From a virus (taxonomy: Duplodnaviria > Caudoviricetes): DNA of 37,934 nucleotides. Below the pieces are notes generated by a model. It made no database searches, was not told the DNA's origin, and worked only from the letters and a program-made list of their open reading frames with translations. The position numbers and the translations under genes are program-made. Position 1 is the first letter of the stretch. Each line of letters opens with the position of its first letter. Where the stretch lies: the IMG/VR virus record IMGVR_UViG_3300033067_000657, positions 1-37,934 of that record. One strand, 5' to 3'. Below, piece after piece: positions 8,110-14,760 of the stretch.

Positions 8110-8283
8110 TCAGACTTCGAGGATTTCAGCCTTGATGTCCTGCGGAGAGAGCTGACCGGCGATGTAGGCTTCGGCGTCTTCTGCAGTAGGATAGCAGCCA
8201 AGGCTTGAGTCATTGAGCATGACATGGAAGCCAGGATCAAGAGCCGGGCCGGATTCGACTGGGGTTTCTTTAGTAGTTGCCAT
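8110..8283 (-). CDS. Small acidic protein (57 aa), absent from the ORF track
   Basis: AAAGGA RBS; MATTKETPVESGPALDPGFHVMLNDSSLGCYPTAEDAEAYIAGQLSPQDIKAEILEV; bracketed by a promoter and a terminator. Confidence 0.8.
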   Translation of the reverse strand: MATTKETPVESGPALDPGFHVMLNDSSLGCYPTAEDAEAYIAGQLSPQDIKAEILEV

Positions 8284-8325
8284 TGGGAATTGTCCTTTGC
8301 AAAGGTGGCGAGAATGCCGGGAGGG

Positions 8326-8354
8326 AGACTGGTGCGCCGATCGGGGATTGTCAA
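8326..8354 (-). promoter_or_regulatory. sigma70-like promoter
   Basis: Minus strand TTGACA-N17-CAGTCT. Confidence 0.55.
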
Positions 8355-8472
8355 GGGCGAAGCTCCAGCTGGAAGAAAAGCCTTGACTTTGAATGAAAAG
8401 CCGCTATCCGCGCGCGGGTGTGCGCTGGCGCGCAGTTGTTAGTAGCCTTTTGCCCCACAAAAGGCCGAAACC

Positions 8473-8502
8473 AGTCATAATTTAGCTTTTGAAATTATGC
8501 CT
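8473..8502. promoter_or_regulatory. 30-bp palindromic operator-like site, copy 3
   Basis: AGTCATAATTT-agcttttg-AAATTATGCCT in the divergent intergenic region. Confidence 0.75.
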
Positions 8503-8724
8503 ATGCCTGCCAATCCTTGTTTTTTCTGATAGACCGATGAAGGCTTTCCAGTGATGATACTCTCTCGTGGCTTTGGGGCTGCGGATTGGAGGCACGTTCC
8601 CGGATTTGGGGAGAGCCCGGAAGGAATAGAGCGGAGCCAAAGGCAAGGGGCGCGCCAGCGCTTCGCGTTGGAGGATTAGGAAAGAAATAATCTGCTAAAA
8701 TTGGTAACTTAGAAGAAAAGTGAG

Positions 8725-8761
8725 ATTATCGCTTGACAAGGTTAAGGGGAAAGAGGATATG
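8725..8761 (+). promoter_or_regulatory. Early promoter candidate
   Basis: ATTATCGC-TTGACA (8733-8738); the -10 at 17 bp (GATATG) is weak. Confidence 0.55.
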
Positions 8762-8816
8762 CCGGAAATCGGAACGGCAATCCCGCTGCGCCGATAGATT
8801 AGGAAAGACCAATATC

Positions 8817-9329
8817 ATGGCACGCAAAAACGCTCTTATCTCCGTGGAAACAACCGAAGCCGGGGAAATGCTCTTCACGGTCGAAGGCGCGGGAAGCTTT
8901 ACTTTCGCCGCAATGTCCGCGCCGGAAGAGACCCGGCAACAGGCAATGTTGCATGGTTTCCGGCAGAAAATCTCCGATGGCGCGGCATTTCCAAAGGAAG
9001 TAAATGCAACAGCGGAAGACAAGCTGAAAGCAATGCAGGCAATCGCCGAGCGCCTATCCGCTGGAGGGTGGAAGGCCAAGCGCGGTGATGGCGTGACTGT
9101 CCAAACCGGGATTGTTCTCCGCGCATGGCTTGAATATGTCGAAACCAAGGCCAAAGCCGCGAAGGCACCTTTCGATCGCGAAGCAGCTACCAAACTGTTT
9201 ACCGATACCGGCTGGGCCACTATCCGCAAAATCTCTGAAGTCGGGGAGATTATCGAGCGGATCAAGGCGGAGAGCGGCACGGCTAGCAATGTTGACGCCA
9301 ATGCCTTGCTTGCATCGCTTGGCTTGTAA
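8817..9329 (+). CDS. Hypothetical protein, paralogue B (170 aa)
   Basis: AGGA RBS, ATG at 8817; HG..QK..D, RL..G.W...R, IIER and VD...LL..LG shared with 2970-3548. Confidence 0.9.
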   Translation: MARKNALISVETTEAGEMLFTVEGAGSFTFAAMSAPEETRQQAMLHGFRQKISDGAAFPKEVNATAEDKLKAMQAIAERLSAGGWKAKRGDGVTVQTGIVLRAWLEYVETKAKAAKAPFDREAATKLFTDTGWATIRKISEVGEIIERIKAESGTASNVDANALLASLGL

Positions 9330-9337
9330 GTAACCCT

Positions 9338-9380
9338 AGCGCGCCGATTGTCTCGAAAGGATGATCGGCGCGCTTTCTTT
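9338..9380 (+). terminator. Intrinsic terminator
   Basis: AGCGCGCCGAT...ATCGGCGCGCT followed by TTCTTT. Confidence 0.85.
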
Positions 9381-9393
9381 CGGAGTGAGTCTA

Positions 9394-9567
9394 ATGTTCA
9401 TGCTTTGCGTTATTCGGCAATCAACCTGCATTGCCACTTATGGGCCTTTCAAAGATCGAGCTATTGCAAGAGAATTTCTGCGCACTTATCTTGACCATGA
9501 AAGCAATGTCTCGATCGCTCCCCATTATGGCACTTTTGAACTGCCTTGTTGGGAGCTTCCACAATGA
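9394..9567 (+). CDS. Small hypothetical protein (57 aa)
   Basis: GGAG RBS; YGPFKDR..A..F motif typical of small phage early proteins. Confidence 0.6.
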   Translation: MFMLCVIRQSTCIATYGPFKDRAIAREFLRTYLDHESNVSIAPHYGTFELPCWELPQ

Positions 9568-9656
9568 TAACTCGCCGTGACCTTCTCGACTTCGTATCCG
9601 GCCTTGCCATCATTGCGTTCATTTGCCTTTGCCAATGGGGATTGCCACCGGGCTAG
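9564..9656 (+). CDS. 30-aa hydrophobic peptide with a twin-arginine-like N-terminus, absent from the ORF track
   Basis: ATGA overlap, GGAG RBS; MITRRDLLDFVSGLAIIAFICLCQWGLPPG. Confidence 0.5.
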   Translation: MITRRDLLDFVSGLAIIAFICLCQWGLPPG

Positions 9657-9685
9657 CTTTTCCCTGCCCTATCATCCCCTGGAAT

Positions 9686-9742
9686 AAAATCTGCCTGTCA
9701 TTGCATTATCGCTTGACAGGCAGATTTTTATCGGGCTAAGGA
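9686..9742 (+). promoter_or_regulatory. Promoter whose -35 lies inside a perfect 15-bp inverted repeat
   Basis: AAAATCTGCCTGTCA (9686-9700) / TGACAGGCAGATTTT (9714-9728); TTGACA 9713-9718, TAAGAT 9737-9742. Confidence 0.7.
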
Positions 9743-9773
9743 TTGGACATCGAAACGATTAGGAGGCTTTCCC

Positions 9774-9959
9774 ATGAACATTCTTATTAACCCTTCGGAA
9801 ATGGCAGACCGTTTGATTGCTCAATGCCATGTGAAGAGCCCTTCAAGCTATTGGACATATTTCGGCATGTGGTGCCGGGAATACCCCAATATGCCGGAAA
9901 TTTATATCCAAGCCATTGCATCGGAAATTATGCAAAAGGCACAATCTACCCTTGACTAG
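9774..9959 (+). CDS. Small hypothetical protein (61 aa), monocistronic
   Basis: AGGAGG RBS; promoter upstream, terminator downstream. Confidence 0.75.
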   Translation: MNILINPSEMADRLIAQCHVKSPSSYWTYFGMWCREYPNMPEIYIQAIASEIMQKAQSTLD

Positions 9960-9996
9960 AGTTTTCCTGCTCTACCTCTCCCCCTCTCCAAACTTT

Positions 9997-10032
9997 GCCC
10001 GCTTGGCCTAACCTCCAAGCGGGCTTTTCTTT
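9997..10032 (+). terminator. Intrinsic terminator
   Basis: GCCCGCTTGG...CCAAGCGGGC then TTTTCTTT. Confidence 0.9.
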
Positions 10033-10034
10033 GC

Positions 10035-10900
10035 CTATCGCTTAGGCCTAATTTCCGGCTCTAAGCCCCTCTAAGCCCCTTCGCCGCGCCGTCGGCCCTT
10101 GGATAGCCAAACTCTTCCCTTCGCGCCCCGCGCCCCGTTCCACGGCGTTCCACGGCATAGCCTCTTCGCCTTACCGTCTCAAAGCCCCCCGCGCGCCACC
10201 TCTCCCCGGCTTTCGCCCCCAAACTCTGCCCGATCCCCCTACCCTACCCGCGAAGCCCAGCCCCCTCCCCCAAAGCTATGTCCCGCGCATGACTTGCGCG
10301 GGAGCCGCGAGTGACAAGTGCCACTACGGGGATGGCCCTTAACCGTGCCTAAATCCCTAACTCAACTGACAAGAAAAAAAATTATGAAGTCCTGCGTGAT
10401 GCCACGATGTTCCGCGAAGCGCTATCTGCACGCGATGCACGATGCGATGCACGATGCGCTGCACGTGAGGAAGCTGGCCGCACGTGAACGCGAAACTAGG
10501 CTCGCGAATGCGCTTTAGAGCCGTCCCCGCATTATCCCTTGCCACCTCCGCTCCCCTCCCCCGTCAATCCCGCGACACAGCTTTGGGCCTACCCAGCCCC
10601 TCTCCCGCGCCTAAGCTTCGGCTGCTCTACAAGCTGCAAGCGCCTATCCTCCACCGCTTGCTTCTCGGCGCGCGGGCAAAGCTTGCCCGATTGCGATAAC
10701 TGCCCTTCCCCCCATACTCACAACCTTACCCAAAAGCATTCTTTTATTCCATGACTGAGCAACAATCTTACGCCTACTGGGGGTGGGTCAACCCGCTGGC
10801 GGGGGTGGGCAGCGGGCATGTTTAGGCCCTCACCACTCCCTGTGCCTGTCCCCAGACCAATCAAGGGCTAGAATTAACCTTCCTGTGGAAGATATTCAGC
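10035..10900. other. Long non-coding, C-rich (top strand) region with short tandem repeats; candidate terminus/packaging site or origin
   Basis: No RBS-supported ORFs; tandem repeats at 10059-10080, 10136-10156 and 10432-10465; many C-runs. Confidence 0.55.
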
Positions 10901-10906
10901 AAAACC

Positions 10907-10936
10907 GGGCACAAAATAGAAAGTGAAATTATGCCT
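10907..10936. promoter_or_regulatory. 30-bp palindromic operator-like site, copy 4
   Basis: GGGCACAAAAT-agaaagtg-AAATTATGCCT, symmetry extended by AAACC/GGTTT; ends 30 bp upstream of TTGACA (10967-10972). Confidence 0.75.
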
Positions 10937-11026
10937 GGTTTGAGGAAAGCTGGGGGAAAATTCCTCTTGACAATAGGCGCGCGGGCGGGGGAGAACGATC
11001 CAGCACCTTTGCCGAGGGATTTGACG

Positions 11027-11635
11027 ATGGATTACGAGAAACTGGCGGAATTTGTGATGATTCCTGATGGGGAGATTCCCCAAACCCCGCGCGTGGGAAG
11101 AATGCCGCCGGAAAGGGGAGAGTATTATCGCCTGGATCATCCGAGGTATCAGGGGATTGCAGAGGCAAAGGGGTATGACCAGGAGACAAAGCGGCTTGTT
11201 AGAACACACTATACCCACGATGCGATGATTGATGTGATAATTGCTGAACCGGCAATTACACAGAGAGAACTGGCTGCAAAGTTTGAAAGGTCGGAGAACT
11301 GGATTTCCAGGATTATGGGATCAGATGCCTTTCAGGGGGCATTGGCCAAGCGGCGCGAGGAGCTCACTGACCCTTTTCTAGTAGCCACGATTGAAGAGCG
11401 GTTTCGTGGCCTGGCAATGCAATCGCTCGATGTGATCGCGGAGAACCTCGAAAAGACCCGCAGCGCCGATGTTGCAATGAAGGCTCTGGACATTTCCTCC
11501 AAAGCCCTTGGTTTTGGCGCACGCGCCTCGGGTCCCCAGTCCAACCAACAAGTCAACTTTGTCGTCCATCTGCCCTCCAAAGCCGAAAACGCCGCTGCTT
11601 GGGCGGCCGAACACACTCCTGTAATTGAGGGCTGA
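11027..11635 (+). CDS. Probable terminase small subunit (HTH protein)
   Basis: HTH TQRELAAKFERSENWISRI followed by helical segments; first gene of the late operon; ATG after GAGGG. Confidence 0.7.
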   Translation: MDYEKLAEFVMIPDGEIPQTPRVGRMPPERGEYYRLDHPRYQGIAEAKGYDQETKRLVRTHYTHDAMIDVIIAEPAITQRELAAKFERSENWISRIMGSDAFQGALAKRREELTDPFLVATIEERFRGLAMQSLDVIAENLEKTRSADVAMKALDISSKALGFGARASGPQSNQQVNFVVHLPSKAENAAAWAAEHTPVIEG

Positions 11636-11637
11636 CC

Positions 11638-11883
11638 ATGGCCGGGACTTTCACACCAGAATTAACCTTTGGCCCTTGGCAATCTGGGATGATGGTTGAT
11701 GGCGCGCAGAATTACAGGACAATCCAAGCGGGGAGCGGCGGCGCACCTTCCACCATCACCGTTCTGTCAAGCGGCGGCTCAAGCTATTCGCCCACGCTAT
11801 CTGTGAAATCATCGGGCGGTTCGAGCTACACCGTTACCAATGCCGTCCTGTCAAGTGGCGGGTCAAGCTACACCGTTATCTAG
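11638..11883 (+). CDS. Small virion-like protein with three SSGGSSY repeats
   Basis: VLSSGGSSY / VKSSGGSSY / VLSSGGSSY; tiles in the operon. Confidence 0.75.
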   Translation: MAGTFTPELTFGPWQSGMMVDGAQNYRTIQAGSGGAPSTITVLSSGGSSYSPTLSVKSSGGSSYTVTNAVLSSGGSSYTVI

Positions 11884-11892
11884 GAGACTGAA

Positions 11893-12549
11893 ATGGCAAC
11901 CCGTGAGATTATCGCACTCAACACGACTACCCCGCAGTTGCTGGCACCGCAGACGGGTGACACCTATGCCGCGCCGCGCACAGTAACAATCACGCCCGAG
12001 ACGAACACCAGCGCGCTGGTGCTAACGGGCGGGGCGGTGACAGCAAGCAACCCGCTTATTAATGCCACGCAGACATTCAACAACGGAGCGGCTGCCTTCA
12101 CTGGGTTAAAAGTAAACATAACCAACACAGCCAGCGCCTCTTATAAACTGTTCGATTTTCAAGTTGGTGGCGTCAGTAAGTTCGCCATGAACGAGAATAA
12201 CGATTTAGTTAACATGAATAATGTTATTGCAGGTGGCTATGTATCAGGGACTAATGCTATATGGGCAAAGGACGATGGTGCGCGTTTTTTGCTAGGCACT
12301 TCCGGTGATGTTGTGTGGCACAGGATTGCGGCAGGAATAACAAAACTGTCTGATGGCTCAACCGGGGCGGGTGTTATTAGGCTTCAAGCTGTGACTGTCG
12401 CCAACCTTCCCTCAGCCGCAACCGCAGGCAATGGCGCGCGGGCGCATGTCACTGACGCCTCCGGCCCGACATTCGGCGCAACCGTATCCGGCGGCGGGTC
12501 AACCAGTTGCCCTGTCTACTCCGATGGCACTAACTGGAAGGTCGGCTAA
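11893..12549 (+). CDS. Fibre/spike-like structural protein (218 aa)
   Basis: Thr/Ala/Gly-rich beta composition; C-terminal TVANLPSAA...VTDA...PVYSDGTNW module; AGGAG RBS. Confidence 0.75.
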   Translation: MATREIIALNTTTPQLLAPQTGDTYAAPRTVTITPETNTSALVLTGGAVTASNPLINATQTFNNGAAAFTGLKVNITNTASASYKLFDFQVGGVSKFAMNENNDLVNMNNVIAGGYVSGTNAIWAKDDGARFLLGTSGDVVWHRIAAGITKLSDGSTGAGVIRLQAVTVANLPSAATAGNGARAHVTDASGPTFGATVSGGGSTSCPVYSDGTNWKVG

Positions 12550-12851
12550 TGACAATAACCTACACTTGGAAGATCACAAACCTCGACGCGAAAGCAGATG
12601 GGAAAACGGTGATAGGCGCTGGCTGGACTTACACCGGGGCTGATGGTGACTTTTTCAGCTCTGTGCCGGACTACACCGCTATCCCACAGGCACCGCTTGA
12701 CGGACTGACCGAGGACGCCGCTGTGCAGGCCGTGAAAACTGCCCTTGGCGATAAAATCGCGGCGTTTGAAAGCGATATTACCAAGGCGATAGCCGGGCAG
12801 AAAACTCCGGTTGCCGCAGACGTTTCGCTGCCTTGGGAGTCTCTGCCATGA
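12549..12851 (+). CDS. Fibre-associated small protein (100 aa)
   Basis: TYTWKI..LD...LTE...V..VK.ALG...LPW pattern typical of genes following phage fibres; TAATG coupling. Confidence 0.75.
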   Translation: MTITYTWKITNLDAKADGKTVIGAGWTYTGADGDFFSSVPDYTAIPQAPLDGLTEDAAVQAVKTALGDKIAAFESDITKAIAGQKTPVAADVSLPWESLP

Positions 12852-13297
12852 GGGGGTGGCTTTTCGCTCTGGCTTTAGCCGCGTCTCCCGTGCAAGCTGG
12901 CGTCTACGGCCCTGTCCTGCCAGAAGTCCCGAAGAGCCTTCCGAGTGAATTTGAGGTCGGGCCGGACGAAAGTGTGAACGAAGCAGCGGCTCGCTATGAA
13001 AACTACACCAGACAAGCGCACAAATGGCGTGGGCTGCTGGTCGGAACGCTTGCGGCGGATGTTGCGACAACCTGCGCCATCCTCTCGCGCGGCGGGCATG
13101 AGGCCAATCCGATTTATGGGCGCAATGCAAGCTGCGGCAAGATCGCCGGTATTAATGCCGGAATTGGCCTGGTGTCCTGGGTTCTCCTCTCCAGACTCGC
13201 GCGCCGCAATCCCGAAAAAGCTCGCGATGCTGCTAAACTCACAACCATCATCCGCGGGCTGGTAGTCGGCTGGAACCTAGGCCAGCTCACTAAATGA
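12848..13297 (+). CDS. Exported/membrane protein with a D..TT...G.EANP motif (DUF5658-like)
   Basis: Signal peptide MRGWLFALALAASPVQA; ADVATT...GGHEANPIYG; hydrophobic helices; ATGA overlaps. Confidence 0.7.
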   Translation: MRGWLFALALAASPVQAGVYGPVLPEVPKSLPSEFEVGPDESVNEAAARYENYTRQAHKWRGLLVGTLAADVATTCAILSRGGHEANPIYGRNASCGKIAGINAGIGLVSWVLLSRLARRNPEKARDAAKLTTIIRGLVVGWNLGQLTK

Positions 13298-14760
13298 CCG
13301 AGGCCAACATCATCTGGGCCCCTCAAGAAGGTCCGCAGACTGCCCTCCTCGCCTGCCCGGTGTTTGAGGTCTTCTACGGAGGTGCGCGCGGTGGCGGGAA
13401 AACTGAATCATCCATCGGAGATTGGCTCCAGCACTCATCGCTCTATGGTGAAGACGCTATTGGGATTTTTGTTCGGAGAAAGTTCAAACAGCTGGCGGAG
13501 GTCATTGCCCGGACTAAGCAACTCTTCCCCAAGCTCGGAGGAAAATACAACGAACAGCGAGCCGAGTGGAGAATGGCCAACGGCGCGCGACTGAAATTCG
13601 TCTACCTCGAAAGGGACTCCGATGCTGAGGAATACCAAGGGCATAACTATACCAGAGTGTATGTTGAGGAAGTTACCAATTTTCCCACTTCTGGTCCCAT
13701 CGACAAACTCCGAGCTACTTTACGATCCGGCGCAGGGGTGCCTGTCGGGATGCGGCTTACCGGAAACCCAGGAGGCCCAGGACATAACTGGGTCAAGGCG
13801 AGGTATATTGACCCTGAGCCTAAGGGGTATAAGCTTATCAAAGAAAGCTGTGATGTAGAGATTGACGGGGTAATCCAGCATGTTGAGCTCGAACGAACAT
13901 TTATCCCAAGTAAGCTGGGAGATAACATGCTCCTTCTTCGGAACGATCCTACTTATGTTCTGCGTCTTCGCCAGTCTGGTTCCGAGGCTCTTGTTAAAGC
14001 CTGGTTGGAAGGAAACTGGGATATAGTCGATGGGGCATTTTTCAGCGAGTTGAACGAGCAGCTCCACGGTCGGCCCGATGGGATTATCAAAGAAGCCCCT
14101 CCGCAGACTGTGAGATTCCGGTCCTTTGACTGGGGATCGGCGCGACCTTTCAGCGTTGGTTGGTGGGCGATCGCAGATGGCACCTGGCCGAGAAATGATC
14201 CTTTGCCCTTTGGGGCACTTTTCCGGTATAGAGAATGGTATGGCGCGGCAGGCCCAAACAAAGGCCTTTATATGACTGCGGATAACGTTGCCCGCCAGAT
14301 TCTCGAAATGGAAGAGGGTGAGAGGATTCGCTATGCGGTGGCCGATCCAGCAATCTTCATCCGAAACGGGGGTCCGAGTATTGCAGAGAGCATGGCGAAG
14401 TGTCGCTGGCGGCGCGCCGACAACAAGCGTCAGCCGGGATGGGAACAAATGCACCAGCGGCTTCAAGGTCAAGACGGAATCCCAATGCTTTACATTGCTG
14501 AAGGCTGCGAGGACACTTGGCGGACAATTCCAGTCCTCCAATACGATGAAAACAATGCCGAAGACCTAGACACTGACGGCGAAGACCACATCGCAGACGA
14601 AATGCGCTATGGCTGCATGTCCCGCCCTTGGGTGCCGAAGATTACCCTCCAGCAAACTGGCCCAGTCCTCCCGCGCCTGCCGAGTCAGATGACCTTTGAA
14701 CAGCTAGTCCAGAGAAGCACAAAATTGCGCAAGCAGAAGGAACTCGAAAGTGCCTGGTGA
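13294..14760 (+). CDS. terL: Terminase large subunit
   Basis: PQEGPQ, Walker A GGARGGGKT, YVEEVT, TGNPGGPGHNWVK, nuclease FDWGSARPF and DHIADEMRY. Confidence 0.96.
   Translation: MTEANIIWAPQEGPQTALLACPVFEVFYGGARGGGKTESSIGDWLQHSSLYGEDAIGIFVRRKFKQLAEVIARTKQLFPKLGGKYNEQRAEWRMANGARLKFVYLERDSDAEEYQGHNYTRVYVEEVTNFPTSGPIDKLRATLRSGAGVPVGMRLTGNPGGPGHNWVKARYIDPEPKGYKLIKESCDVEIDGVIQHVELERTFIPSKLGDNMLLLRNDPTYVLRLRQSGSEALVKAWLEGNWDIVDGAFFSELNEQLHGRPDGIIKEAPPQTVRFRSFDWGSARPFSVGWWAIADGTWPRNDPLPFGALFRYREWYGAAGPNKGLYMTADNVARQILEMEEGERIRYAVADPAIFIRNGGPSIAESMAKCRWRRADNKRQPGWEQMHQRLQGQDGIPMLYIAEGCEDTWRTIPVLQYDENNAEDLDTDGEDHIADEMRYGCMSRPWVPKITLQQTGPVLPRLPSQMTFEQLVQRSTKLRKQKELESAW

Noticed and set aside
8034-8354. 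106-aa minus-strand ORF in the track
   Set aside because: Its TTG start is the -35 box and it runs through a terminator. The 57-aa ORF in another frame has the RBS.
8733-8816. N-terminal extension of the 198-aa ORF
   Set aside because: The TTG is the promoter -35; the RBS-supported ATG is at 8817.
10044-10054. AGGCCTAATTT, a near match to the palindrome half-site
   Set aside because: There is no partner half-site at 8-bp spacing, so it was not counted as a copy.
10432-10465. Possible CRISPR-like mini-array
   Set aside because: The units are contiguous 12-mers with no spacers.
10099-10754. Short Pro/Arg-rich ORFs, including the AMHDAMHDALH repeat
   Set aside because: Explained by C-rich composition and a 12-bp DNA tandem repeat; no RBS.
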